Positions 18,849-28,364 of a stretch of 36,309 bases of DNA are shown here, one piece after another. The DNA is from Candidatus Thermofontivivens primus (GTDB lineage: Bacteria; Sysuimicrobiota; Sysuimicrobiia; Sysuimicrobiales; Thermofontiviventaceae), in contig JAVKJW010000023.1 in the NCBI GenBank assembly GCA_031458695.1, forward strand, positions 1-36,309, in the 5' to 3' direction. Both the position numbers and the translations under genes were made by a program. The notes under the pieces were generated by a model, which saw nothing but the letters and a program-made list of their open reading frames with translations, was not told the DNA's origin and made no database searches. Position 1 is the stretch's first letter. Each line of letters begins with the position of its first letter.

Positions 18849-20011
18849 GTGGGCCGCTTGAAGGGATCCGTATCCTCGACCTCACACGCCTCTTGCCCGG
18901 GGCCTTCTGCACGATGCTCCTCGCAGATCTGGGAGCCGACGTGCTGAAGGTCGAGGAGCCTGAGCGGGGAGACCCGCTCCGCTGGCTTTTCCCCCAGCAG
19001 GCTCCCTTCCTGCACCACATCCTCAACCGCAACAAGCGGAGCCTTACGCTGAACCTGAGGACGCAACCAGGAAGGGGGATCTTCCTTCGGCTCGTCCGGG
19101 AGGCGGATGTGCTGGTGGAGAGCTTCCGCCCCGGCACCATGGATCGCCTTGGGGTGGGATACTCCGTCCTTCGGGAGGTCAATCCAGGGCTGGTTTACTG
19201 CGCGATCACAGGGTACGGTCAGGACGGTCCCTACCGCGATCTCCCAGGTCACGACCTCAACTACATGGGAGTCGCAGGCGCGCTTGAGTTGTTCGGGACC
19301 GAGGGATCCGCACCAGCAGTCCCAGGATTGACCATCGCGGATATTGGCGGTGGAGCCCAGATGGCTGCTACGGGAATCCTCGCAGCATTGATCTCCCGTG
19401 CACGCACAGGGTGCGGACAGTTCGTGGACATCTCCATGACCGATGGCGTGATCTCTTGGCTTTCCGTGTACGTGGCCTGGTACCTGGCAACGGGCCGCTC
19501 TCCTCGCAGGGGAGAGCACGTGCTGCTGGGCCGCTATCCGTGTTACGCCGTTTATCCCACCGCGGACGGCTACCTTACGGTAGGATGCCTGGAGGAGAGG
19601 TTCTGGGCCAATCTCTGCCGGGCGCTGGGGAGAGAAGAGTACATCGACCTCCAATGGTCCGAAGAGCACAGGAAGCGCATCTTCAACGATCTCGGCGCGA
19701 TCTTCCAGACTCGCACGCGCCAGGAGTGGATGGAGTTTTTCCAGGACAAGGATGTCTGCGTAGGGCCTTCCTCCCTCCTTGAGGAGGCCATAGAGGATCC
19801 CCAGCTCCGACACCGGGGGATGTTCGTCGAGGTGAAGCTTCCTCAGGAGGGATCCATCCTCCAGGTGGGGATCCCCATCAAGTTCTCGGGTACTCCTGGA
19901 AGTCTCCGCTCCCCTGCCCCTCGCCTCGGAGAACATACCGAGGCGATCCTCAGGAACCTCGGATACTCTCCGGATGAGATCGCCAAGCTCCGGAGGGAGA
20001 AGGTAGTCTGA
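18845..20011 (+). CDS. CaiB/BaiF class III CoA-transferase family protein, alpha-methylacyl-CoA racemase-like
   Basis: Motifs LADLGADVLKVE, NRNKRS, ESFRPG, GHDLNY, ADIGGG and APRLGEHT. Confidence 0.88.
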   Translation: MSGPLEGIRILDLTRLLPGAFCTMLLADLGADVLKVEEPERGDPLRWLFPQQAPFLHHILNRNKRSLTLNLRTQPGRGIFLRLVREADVLVESFRPGTMDRLGVGYSVLREVNPGLVYCAITGYGQDGPYRDLPGHDLNYMGVAGALELFGTEGSAPAVPGLTIADIGGGAQMAATGILAALISRARTGCGQFVDISMTDGVISWLSVYVAWYLATGRSPRRGEHVLLGRYPCYAVYPTADGYLTVGCLEERFWANLCRALGREEYIDLQWSEEHRKRIFNDLGAIFQTRTRQEWMEFFQDKDVCVGPSSLLEEAIEDPQLRHRGMFVEVKLPQEGSILQVGIPIKFSGTPGSLRSPAPRLGEHTEAILRNLGYSPDEIAKLRREKVV

Positions 20012-20087
20012 GTGGCCATGAGGGGAAGACCGCTCTTCTATAGATAGGGCTTGATTCCGCAGCCAAAGGAGAGGGAATGGAGTGGCC

Positions 20088-20645
20088 ATGGCGGAGATCC
20101 TGTTGATCAGCGGGAGGCCTGGAGTGGGCAAGACCACCTTGATCCGCCGCCTCGCTGAGGCACTGGGAGAGCAGGCAGGAGGCTTCTACACCGAGGAGAT
20201 CAGGGGACCAGAGGGCAGGCTTGGGTTCCGCCTCATCACCCTCGAAGGGAAGGAGGCCACCTTCGCCCATGTGGACCTCGCAAGGCGCGTTCCCTACAGG
20301 GTCGGCCGATACGGGGTGGACGTGAGCGTCCTGGACCACATTGGCGTGGAGGCCATCCTCCGGGCAGTGCACGAGAACCAGGTGATCCTGGTCGATGAAA
20401 TCGGGAAGATGGAGCTCTATAGCACTCGGTTCCGCCAGGTCCTTGAGGATATCGCCAGAGGATGGAAGCCGCTTGTCGCAACGATCACAAAGGCCCATCA
20501 TCCCTGGGCCGAGGCTTTCAAGCGCCAGCCCACCGCGACCCTCTGGGAGATAACCGTGACAAACCGGGACCTCCTGTTGGAGAAGGTCATCGACTGGCTT
20601 CGCCAGCGAGAGGTTGTCCCAAAGGGGCATCCCTTTCCGCCCTGA
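20088..20645 (+). CDS. THEP1/NTPase_1-type nucleoside triphosphatase
   Basis: Motifs GRPGVGKTT, GGFYTEEIR, RVGRYGVD and VDEIGKME. Confidence 0.88.
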   Translation: MAEILLISGRPGVGKTTLIRRLAEALGEQAGGFYTEEIRGPEGRLGFRLITLEGKEATFAHVDLARRVPYRVGRYGVDVSVLDHIGVEAILRAVHENQVILVDEIGKMELYSTRFRQVLEDIARGWKPLVATITKAHHPWAEAFKRQPTATLWEITVTNRDLLLEKVIDWLRQREVVPKGHPFPP

Positions 20646-20712
20646 CCTCCGTGCCCGCACGTAGACCACACTGCCTCCCCTTTTGCCTTCAGGGAGGATC
20701 TTGGCCAATTCC

Positions 20713-20741
20713 TTGAGCTTGTTTCTTCTGCGTGTTAGGAT
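20713..20741 (+). promoter_or_regulatory. Putative promoter of the HEPN-MNT pair
   Basis: TTGAGC-N17-TAGGAT with a TGn extended -10. Confidence 0.5.
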
Positions 20742-20806
20742 AGGAGCAAGGATCCGCGCGCCTTATAGGGGCAGATGGGGACTCTACCAAGAAAGGGGAA
20801 TGCGCC

Positions 20807-21202
20807 ATGGCATCACGGGCGAGCGACTGGTTGGCACAGGCGCGCAGGGATCTCGAGCACGCCCAGCATGCCCTCGAGGATGGGGATTATGAGTGGGCTT
20901 GCTTTGCCGCACACCAGGCGGCGGAGAAGGCCCTGAAGGCAGTCTACCAGAGGGCTGGCGGTGAGGCTTGGGGGCATTCCCTCCGTGAGCTTGTGGAGGG
21001 CTTAAAAGAGCGCCTACGAATCCCTTCAGAACTGGAAGAGGCGGCTATCACACTAGACCGGCACTACATCCCATCTCGATGCCCCGATGCTTTTCCATCG
21101 GGCGCCCCCTTCCAGTACTATCGCCTGGAGGATGCGAAGAAAGCGGTGGAGACATCGCGCGATGTCTTGGCATTCTGTGAGAGTGCGTTTTCTGGACCGT
21201 GA
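20807..21202 (+). CDS. HEPN domain protein (putative toxin)
   Basis: Motifs WLAQARRDL, ACFAAHQAAEKALKA, GHSL and LDRHYIPSRCPD. Adjacent to an MNT gene. Confidence 0.88.
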   Translation: MASRASDWLAQARRDLEHAQHALEDGDYEWACFAAHQAAEKALKAVYQRAGGEAWGHSLRELVEGLKERLRIPSELEEAAITLDRHYIPSRCPDAFPSGAPFQYYRLEDAKKAVETSRDVLAFCESAFSGP

Positions 21203-21512
21203 GCGGATCCTTGCCCGCCTGCGGGAGGAGGTGGACCGCCTGAAGAGGGCCCACCCGGAAGTTGCCCGCGTGATCGTATTTGGTTCCTTCGCCCGCGGGG
21301 ATGCCGTTCCTGGAAGCGACCTGGACGTGGTCCTCATCCTGACGCACTCCTCTGTACCTTTTTTAGAAAGGTTAGGACGGTACCACCTGCCAGCGGTCGA
21401 AGGGGTACCCGTGGAGGTCTTCCCTTATACGGAGGAGGAGTGGGAGCGCATGGTCGCGGAGGAACATCCATGGGCACGACGTGTTCTCAAGGAGGGGATT
21501 GAGCTCGCATAA
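21162..21512 (+). CDS. Minimal nucleotidyltransferase (MNT, putative antitoxin)
   Basis: FGSFARGD...SDLDV carries the GS..DxD motif. ATG 21162 overlaps the end of the HEPN gene. Confidence 0.88.
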   Translation: MSWHSVRVRFLDRERILARLREEVDRLKRAHPEVARVIVFGSFARGDAVPGSDLDVVLILTHSSVPFLERLGRYHLPAVEGVPVEVFPYTEEEWERMVAEEHPWARRVLKEGIELA

Positions 21513-21564
21513 CGGAGGTATCGGAACCACAGGGCCTATGGATCATGAGAGAACAACGCACCAT

Positions 21565-22230
21565 TCAATCCTCGAGGAGCCCCTCCTCCACCGTGCGCAT
21601 GTCGTTGGCAATGTGCATCTTCATCAGGTCTTCGGCCCACGGTGCGTCACCCTGGGCGATCGCCTCGAAGATCTGGCGGTGCTCTTCCACCACGCTGAGG
21701 GGACGGGGCCTGAGGTGCAGGACCACGGTGCGATACTGGATGGCATAGGTGCGCAACGAGTCCATCAGGCGCATGAGATGCAGGTTTCCCCCTGCACGGA
21801 TGAGGTGGTCGTGGAAGGCGATGTTCCACCGGACCGCCTCGTCCAGGAGTCCTGCGGCAATGGCCTGCTCTGCCCGGTCGAGGGCGTCGGCCATAGCCTT
21901 GAGGTCTTCCTCCGTGCGGTTACGCGCGGCGAGATTTGCGGCAAGCCCTTCGAGAACCCGCCTGCAGGCGTAGATCTCTAGGATGTCCCGTTTCGTGAGC
22001 TTGCTCACCCTCGCCCCTCTTGCCTCCACCGTGATAAAGCCTTCTTGCTGGAGACGTCGGAAGGCCTCGCGGACAGGGGTGCGGCTTACCCCCAGCATGT
22101 TCGCCACCTCCGCTTCGACGAGGCGGTCTCCAGGCCTGAAGCGCCCCTGCACAATAGCCTCCTTGAGGGCCCGGTAGACCTGGTCAGCGAGGGGGATGGC
22201 CTTCTGGATCACAGCGATCTTGTCCTTCAT
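21565..22230 (-). CDS. GntR-family regulator (FadR/FCD type)
   Basis: HTH LGVSRTPVREAF and FCD motifs R..LEG, N..FH and EH..I. ATGA-coupled to the oxidoreductase gene. Confidence 0.93.
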   Translation of the reverse strand: MKDKIAVIQKAIPLADQVYRALKEAIVQGRFRPGDRLVEAEVANMLGVSRTPVREAFRRLQQEGFITVEARGARVSKLTKRDILEIYACRRVLEGLAANLAARNRTEEDLKAMADALDRAEQAIAAGLLDEAVRWNIAFHDHLIRAGGNLHLMRLMDSLRTYAIQYRTVVLHLRPRPLSVVEEHRQIFEAIAQGDAPWAEDLMKMHIANDMRTVEEGLLED

Positions 22231-25169
22231 AGGTCACCGGTATGGGAAAACGCCTTTTGCAAAATTTCCGCGGGGTGGTACGCCTGCCTCCCTGTGGTGA
22301 AGGCGATCTGCTGCCTACAGGAGATTCCAGGAGCGACCACATCCACCTCCGGAGGTGTGTTCCGGATCGCCGGGACCAGCCGCAATCCCGCAATGGCCAG
22401 GGAGATCTCCTCGTGCTCGGCCTCGTATCCAAAAGAACCTGCCATCCCACAGCAGCCTGCGTCCACCTCCTGGACGTTGAACCCGGCCAGCCGGAGGAGT
22501 TCAACGCTCGCTCGTGTCCCCGCGATGGCCTTCTGATGACAGTGGCCGTGGAAGAAAAGCCGGTTGTCCTTTCGCTGGAAGCCCTGAGGGAGACCCTGTC
22601 CCCGCCACCTCTGGAGGAGGAACTCCTCAAATAGGTAGGTCTGCTTTGCCAGGGACCGAGCTTCCTCACTGCGCAGGAGATCAGGGACCTCATCCCGGAA
22701 GGTCAGGATGCAACTCGGTTCACACCCCACAAGAGGGATGCCTCTCTCCCTATACGGCGCGAGGGCCAGGATGTTGCGCTCGGCCTGGCGCCTAGCCAAG
22801 TCCAGCAATCCCTTGGAGATGGCAGGACGGCCGCAGCACAACCCGAACACAGGGAGGACCCTGTACCCGGAACGCTCTAGGACCTCCACCGCAGCCTTCC
22901 CCACATCGGGGACAAGGTAGTTCATGAAGGTGTCCACGAAGAGGGCAACCTCGCCGTTTGGAAATTCGCTCCTGAGGACCGGCCTACGTTCCCACCACGC
23001 CTGGAAGGTCGGGCGGGCGAATGCCGGGAGGGGCCTCCGCGAAATCCTCAGGGTCCGGTGGAGTACCCAGCGGGCCGGGCGGCTGTGGATGATCACGTTG
23101 GAGAGCGGGGCAAAGCGCGCTCCGAGCTGATAGAGTGTGTGGATGTGGGCGAACAGCCGGGCGCGCAGGGGGACCCCATGGCGCTGGTAGTAGTGGTGCA
23201 GGAACTCGTACTTGAGCTTGGCCATGTCCACCCCTGTCGGACACTCCGCCTTACACCCCTTACACTCCAGGCATAAGTCGAGGGCTTGGTACAGGCGATG
23301 GCCCGTGAGCTCCTCAGGCGGCAGGAGACCACTCAGGACAGCACGTAGGAGGTTTGCCCGCCCGCGTGTAGAGTGTTCTTCCTCCTTCGTGACCATGTAG
23401 GAGGGGCACATGGTCCCCTCAATCTTCTTCCTGCAGGCCCCCACCCCGGTGCACAGCTCTACATGGCGGGCGAACCCTCCATCTTGGGAGAAGTCCAGCG
23501 CCGTAGAGATCTCAATGGTCCGGTAGTCCGGCCCATAGCGGAGATTCTCCGTCATGGAACCAGCGTCCACGATCTTGCCCGGGTTCATCAGCCCGCCGGG
23601 ATCAAACGCCGCCTTCACTTGCTTGAACGCCCGGTACAGGGTAGGGCCGAAGTACCTCTCCACAAATGGGCTACGGACGATCCCATCGCCGTGTTCCCCG
23701 CTCATGGCACCTCCGAACTCTAGAACGAGGTCGAAGACCTCCTCGGCGATGGACCGCATCATGGCGATCTGGTCAGGATCTTTGAGGTTGAGGAGGGGAC
23801 GCACGTGCAGACACCCCACGCTCGCGTGGGCATAGAACGCCGCCTCAATCCCGTGCCTGCGCAAGATCTCGGTGAACCGCCGGATGTACGCTGGGAGGTG
23901 CTCGGGAGGCACCGCCGTGTCCTCCACAAAGGCGATGGGCTTGTGGTCGCCGCGCACGCTCAGGAGGAGCCCCTGACCCGCCTTCCGGACCTGCCAAATG
24001 TTCTCCTGGTCTGGGAGGTCGATCGCCCGGTACACCGCGTAGCCCAAACCGCGGGCACGAAGGCGTGCCTCCATCGTCCCTAGGCGCTCCATGCATTCCT
24101 CTACTGTGGATCCGGCATACTCCACCACGAGCAACGCCGATGGATCCCCTTCGACAAACGTCAGCCGTCGGGAGAAATCCAAGGACTTCCTGGTCATCTC
24201 CAGGACCATGCGGTCGATGAGCTCTACAGCTGAAGGCCCGGTTGCTAAAATCTCCGTCACGGCGTCCAGAGCCTCCAGGAGGTGAAGAAAGTGTACCACT
24301 CCCACGACAGTCGCCTGAGGGCGCTCCACGAGGCGGACCTTCGCCTCTGCGACGATGGCAAGGGTCCCCTCCGAGCCCACAATGAGCTTAGCCAAGTTGA
24401 GCCGGTCGCCAAGGAGGGCATCGAGGTTGTACCCGGAGACCCTGCGGAGGATCTTGGGGTAACGGCGGAGGATCTCCTCTCGGTGCTCCCGGAGGATACC
24501 CATAATGGTACGGTAGATCTCCCCTTCCTCGTCCTGTTGCTCCAGTTTGCGGGAGAGCTCCGATGAGGTCAGATCCTTGAACGTAACGACACGTCCCGTG
24601 CTGAGAACGGCCGTAACCTCCTCAACGTGGTCGACCATCTTGCCGTAGACAAGGGAGCGCGCGCCGCAGGAATTGTTCCCAATCATCCCGCCAAGGGTTG
24701 CGCGGTTACTCGTGGCCGTGTCCGGCCCCAGGCGTAGTCCATAGGGACGCACCTCCCGGTTCAGCTCGTCCTGTACGACCCCCGGCTGGACGCGGGCCCA
24801 GCGTTCTTCGGGGTTCACCTCAAGGATAGCGTCCATGTACTTGGAACAATCAAGAACAATGGCGCGCCCGACGGCCTGGCCAGCGAGGCTTGTCCCCGCC
24901 CCCCTCGGGAGGACGGGAATGCCATAGCTCCTGGCGATCTGGACGGTCGCGACGATGTCCTCAATGTCCTTGGGGATGACCACCCCGATGGGGAGGATCT
25001 GGTAGATGCTGGCGTCGGTGCTGTAGAGGACGCGGGAAAAAGGGTCGAAGCGTACTTCCCCCTTCACCACGGTGGAGAGATCGTCGGCGAGGCGACCCTC
25101 TACTCCGATGGGATGAACGCCCTGACTTTGGGTGAGATCGGAATTCTTCTGGCTGGACACCTCGCTCAC
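22227..25169 (-). CDS. FAD-linked, Fe-S and CCG-domain 2-hydroxyacid oxidoreductase (GlcD+GlcF/YdiJ-like fusion)
   Basis: Motifs YSTDASIY, RGAGTSLAGQ, GSEGTL and SGEHGDG. Fe-S motifs CTGVGAC..CP and CLECKGCKAECP. CCG motifs CCGRP, EPSC, HCHQ and CCGMAG. Confidence 0.9.
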   Translation of the reverse strand: MSEVSSQKNSDLTQSQGVHPIGVEGRLADDLSTVVKGEVRFDPFSRVLYSTDASIYQILPIGVVIPKDIEDIVATVQIARSYGIPVLPRGAGTSLAGQAVGRAIVLDCSKYMDAILEVNPEERWARVQPGVVQDELNREVRPYGLRLGPDTATSNRATLGGMIGNNSCGARSLVYGKMVDHVEEVTAVLSTGRVVTFKDLTSSELSRKLEQQDEEGEIYRTIMGILREHREEILRRYPKILRRVSGYNLDALLGDRLNLAKLIVGSEGTLAIVAEAKVRLVERPQATVVGVVHFLHLLEALDAVTEILATGPSAVELIDRMVLEMTRKSLDFSRRLTFVEGDPSALLVVEYAGSTVEECMERLGTMEARLRARGLGYAVYRAIDLPDQENIWQVRKAGQGLLLSVRGDHKPIAFVEDTAVPPEHLPAYIRRFTEILRRHGIEAAFYAHASVGCLHVRPLLNLKDPDQIAMMRSIAEEVFDLVLEFGGAMSGEHGDGIVRSPFVERYFGPTLYRAFKQVKAAFDPGGLMNPGKIVDAGSMTENLRYGPDYRTIEISTALDFSQDGGFARHVELCTGVGACRKKIEGTMCPSYMVTKEEEHSTRGRANLLRAVLSGLLPPEELTGHRLYQALDLCLECKGCKAECPTGVDMAKLKYEFLHHYYQRHGVPLRARLFAHIHTLYQLGARFAPLSNVIIHSRPARWVLHRTLRISRRPLPAFARPTFQAWWERRPVLRSEFPNGEVALFVDTFMNYLVPDVGKAAVEVLERSGYRVLPVFGLCCGRPAISKGLLDLARRQAERNILALAPYRERGIPLVGCEPSCILTFRDEVPDLLRSEEARSLAKQTYLFEEFLLQRWRGQGLPQGFQRKDNRLFFHGHCHQKAIAGTRASVELLRLAGFNVQEVDAGCCGMAGSFGYEAEHEEISLAIAGLRLVPAIRNTPPEVDVVAPGISCRQQIAFTTGRQAYHPAEILQKAFSHTGDL

Positions 25170-26698
25170 CTGCGAGCAGAGATGAGGTCTGTGGCCGCCG
25201 TGGTGACTTGCCTAACGCTCTTGACGGCCCATCGGATGAGAGGATAGAGGTAAGCGAGAATGGCAAGACCCATCAAGACCGCGGAGATCGGGCGGGTGAA
25301 GAAGATGGAAAGGCTCCCGCCAGAGATGATGAAAGCCTGGCGCAGAGAGTTCTCCGCGAACGGTCCGAGCACGAGAGCTAGGACCATGGGAGCGACGGGA
25401 TAGTCAAGCTTCTTCATGAGATAGCCCAGCACGCCAAAGCCAAGCATCAGCCAAACATCGAAGAGGTCATTGTTCACGCTGAAGGCCCCCATGGTGGAGA
25501 AGACGACGATTAGAGGCATCAGGATCGTGTAGGGAATCCTTAGGACCGCGACAAAAGCCGGAATGAAGAAGATATTCAGCAACACAAGCATGAGGTTGCC
25601 AATGTACATGCTGGCGATGAGCGCCCAGACTAGATCGGCGTTGCGTTGGAAGAGCATGGGCCCTGGACGGATCCCCCAGATCATAAAGCCTGCGAGCAAC
25701 ACGGCGGTCGTGGCCGATCCTGGAATCCCCAAGGCCAGCAACGGGGCGAAGGCACCGATACAGGCTGCATTATTGGCGGACTCAGGCGAAGCAACTCCCT
25801 CGATCGCCCCGCGCCCGAACCGCTCGGGGTGCTTTGACAGCCGTTTTTCCGAAAGGTAAGCGAGGAAAGAAGCAGTCGTTGCCCCCGCGCCTGGCAAGAT
25901 CCCTACGAGGAACCCGATGATCGTTCCTCGTAGGATCGCCCACCGGCTAGCGATCCAGTCCTGCCAAGTTGGGAAAACATCACGGAGGCGGAACTTTGCC
26001 CTGAGGAAATCCAGGCGCATCTCCTGCTCTACGCTGCTGAGGACCTCCCCAATCCCAAAGAGGCCAATGATCACGGTGACGAAGCTGATCCCTCCGAGGA
26101 GCTGGGGGCTATCAAAGGTAAATCGGGGAAGCCCACTCACCACGTCCAGCCCAACGGTAGCGATGAGAAGGCCGAGCAGCGTAGAGACGACGATCTTGAT
26201 GGGTTGCCGCCCCTCAAAGGCAGTGAGCAGACTGAAGGCCAGGATTGCCAGGGCGAAGTACTCCGGCGGTCCAAACCGCAAGGCGAATTTGGCCAGCGGA
26301 GGGGCAAGCCCCATGAGGATAATCGTCGAGATGGTCCCGGCGATGAAGGATCCAATGGCAGCGATCGAGAGGGCTGGACCGGCGCGGCCCTGTAGGGCCA
26401 ACTGGTACCCGTCGAGCGTGGTCATCACCGCCGAGGAATCCCCAGGGACGTTAATGAGCACCGCGGTGATGGTCCCGCCATAGGCGACGCCGTAGTAGAT
26501 GCCCGCGAGCATAATCAAAGCCGTGGTCGGGTTCATGGTGAAGGTGAGGGGGAGGAGAAGGGCTACGGCGGTCACCGAGCCGATACCTGGGAGAGCACCA
26601 GTGATGGTCCCATAGATCACCCCAATGGCTGCGAACAGAAGGTTGGTTGGGCTGACAGCCAGGGAGAACCCTGTGTAGAGGTTCTGCAACAGCTCCAT
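25166..26698 (-). CDS. tctA: Tripartite tricarboxylate transporter large permease TctA
   Basis: Motifs GALPGIG, YGGTITAVLINVPG, GILPGAGAT, PESANNA and LGIPGS. Confidence 0.93.
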   Translation of the reverse strand: MELLQNLYTGFSLAVSPTNLLFAAIGVIYGTITGALPGIGSVTAVALLLPLTFTMNPTTALIMLAGIYYGVAYGGTITAVLINVPGDSSAVMTTLDGYQLALQGRAGPALSIAAIGSFIAGTISTIILMGLAPPLAKFALRFGPPEYFALAILAFSLLTAFEGRQPIKIVVSTLLGLLIATVGLDVVSGLPRFTFDSPQLLGGISFVTVIIGLFGIGEVLSSVEQEMRLDFLRAKFRLRDVFPTWQDWIASRWAILRGTIIGFLVGILPGAGATTASFLAYLSEKRLSKHPERFGRGAIEGVASPESANNAACIGAFAPLLALGIPGSATTAVLLAGFMIWGIRPGPMLFQRNADLVWALIASMYIGNLMLVLLNIFFIPAFVAVLRIPYTILMPLIVVFSTMGAFSVNNDLFDVWLMLGFGVLGYLMKKLDYPVAPMVLALVLGPFAENSLRQAFIISGGSLSIFFTRPISAVLMGLAILAYLYPLIRWAVKSVRQVTTAATDLISARR

Positions 26699-26732
26699 CT
26701 CTCCCCTCCTATGCGTTTACGTGCCCCAAACA

Positions 26733-26773
26733 GGGTCCCCACACGCTGTGAAGCATCCTGTGGGGTGTCACCA
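26733..26773. repeat. Palindromic (REP-like) element, copy 2
   Basis: GGGTCCCCACACGCTGTGAAGCATCCTGTGGGGTGTCACCA aligns with 4486-4524. Confidence 0.6.
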
Positions 26774-26784
26774 CAACGGGTTAC

Positions 26785-27234
26785 TTACCAACCGAGGATC
26801 CCCGTGGGTAAGGGAAGCTGCAGCCAGGACCCGAAGATCCAGCGGATCCCAAACACCGTCAGAACACCAATAAGCCCACACAGCGCCCAATTGTGCCGTC
26901 CCACTGTGCGCATCAGGAATGCCGTAAAGAGGCCGAGCCCAATGGCAAGACCCAACAAAGGAACAAGGAGGATGACAGCAATCAGAGAGGCAAGAAGAAG
27001 CCCAACCCGCCAGGTTCCGCCCTGGAAGAACGCACCCCTATACCGGGTGCGCCGGACGACAACCTCACCAAGGATGACGGCCCCACACGCAATCAGACCA
27101 AGGCCCAACCAAAAAGGGAGAAATCCTGGCCCCGGCCCATATTCAGCGTGATAGGGGAGCTGCCGGGAGAGGATCACCACGGCAGCCCCCAGCAACAGCA
27201 CAATCACTCCCCCCACGAGATCCGCAAACCACAT
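26785..27234 (-). CDS. tctB: Tripartite tricarboxylate transporter small permease TctB
   Basis: About four TM segments, GPGPGFLP and C-terminal LPLPTG. Lies between tctC and tctA. Confidence 0.85.
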   Translation of the reverse strand: MWFADLVGGVIVLLLGAAVVILSRQLPYHAEYGPGPGFLPFWLGLGLIACGAVILGEVVVRRTRYRGAFFQGGTWRVGLLLASLIAVILLVPLLGLAIGLGLFTAFLMRTVGRHNWALCGLIGVLTVFGIRWIFGSWLQLPLPTGILGW

Positions 27235-27269
27235 GGCGGCTCATCCCTCGGTCTATTCCCACAGTCCCC

Positions 27270-27296
27270 GTAGGGGCGACGCGCGCGTCCCCCTAC
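27270..27296. repeat. GTAG-type REP-like palindrome
   Basis: GTAGGGGCGACGCGCGCGTCCCCCTAC has GTAG/CTAC termini and a GC stem with one mismatch. It is intergenic, just after tctC. Confidence 0.6.
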
Positions 27297-27305
27297 CCTT
27301 TCTTA

Positions 27306-28301
27306 TTACTTGATGAGCCCTAGTTCCTTCAAAATGCGCCGGAAGACCTCCTCCTGTTGCGCCACGAAGGCCGTGAACTCCTTGCTCCCCATCCACGCAT
27401 CGGTGAGCATGTAGCGCTTGAGGTACCCTTCCTTCCAACGGGACGACTCGGTCATGCGCTTGAGCATATTCTCGTAGAACGCCACGGCCTCTGGTGGAAT
27501 TTCTGGAGGCGCTGCGATCCCGCGGAACATCTTGAAGGTCACATCATACCCCTGCTCCCTGAAGGTAGGAACATCTGGCATCGCAGGAAGTCTCGTCTCT
27601 CGAGCTACCGCGATGGCGCGCACCTGCTTGGCTTCCCACTGCGGTGCCGCCTCGTTGGGGTTGGCCCAAGCCATCTCCACCTGGCCACCCATGAGCGCGG
27701 CCATGACCTCCCCGCCGCTGCGGAACGGGACGTAGCGGAGCTTGATCTTAGCTGCCCGTTCGAACAATCTCGTGACCATATGGTCTTCCTGCCCGGTTGC
27801 CGTCCCAGCGATGGTCACAGCGCCAGGACGTTGCTGCGCCGCGGTCACGATGTCCTTGATCGTCTTATAAGGGGAATCCATCCTGACGTAGATCAACTCC
27901 TCATCGATGGCGAGGCGTGCGATCATGGTCAGGTCGCGCCATGTGGCCGCTCCCGGTGCCATGAGGGGTGCGCTCACCTGGCCGGAGATGTAGGTCAAAA
28001 GGATATGCGGGATACCCCTCTTGCCCGCCACATACGTGGTCCCCACCGTACCTCCACCGCCGACGCGATTTACGACAATGAGGGGCACAGGCGAGAGCTT
28101 TTCGGCTTCAACGATGCTGGCGATAGTCCGGGCGAGCACGTCGCTCCCGCCGCCCGGCGCATACGGGGCTACGAACTCAATAGGCCTTGTGGGCTGCCAC
28201 GATGGCGCGGCCAACCCGCTCAACGCGACAACCAGAACTGCGATGAGGGCCATCCCCACCGCAAGACGCATCGAAGTGGTTCCTATCCAGTTTCTTCGCA
28301 T
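27306..28301 (-). CDS. tctC: Tripartite tricarboxylate transporter substrate-binding protein (TctC/Bug)
   Basis: Signal peptide and motifs PYAPGGGSD, VNRVGGGG, VPFRSGGE and PDVPTFREQG. Confidence 0.9.
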   Translation of the reverse strand: MRRNWIGTTSMRLAVGMALIAVLVVALSGLAAPSWQPTRPIEFVAPYAPGGGSDVLARTIASIVEAEKLSPVPLIVVNRVGGGGTVGTTYVAGKRGIPHILLTYISGQVSAPLMAPGAATWRDLTMIARLAIDEELIYVRMDSPYKTIKDIVTAAQQRPGAVTIAGTATGQEDHMVTRLFERAAKIKLRYVPFRSGGEVMAALMGGQVEMAWANPNEAAPQWEAKQVRAIAVARETRLPAMPDVPTFREQGYDVTFKMFRGIAAPPEIPPEAVAFYENMLKRMTESSRWKEGYLKRYMLTDAWMGSKEFTAFVAQQEEVFRRILKELGLIK

Positions 28302-28364
28302 TCCTACCCCCCCTTCGCATTCTTTCCCTACCCTCTTCCCTTGAAGAGGTGTATGGCTGCGTCC

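Noticed and set aside
18740..20137. 465-aa minus-strand ORF, and similar long ORFs at 8838-9821, 28734-29765 and 31383-32408
   Set aside because: Each lies opposite a well-supported gene and lacks family motifs.
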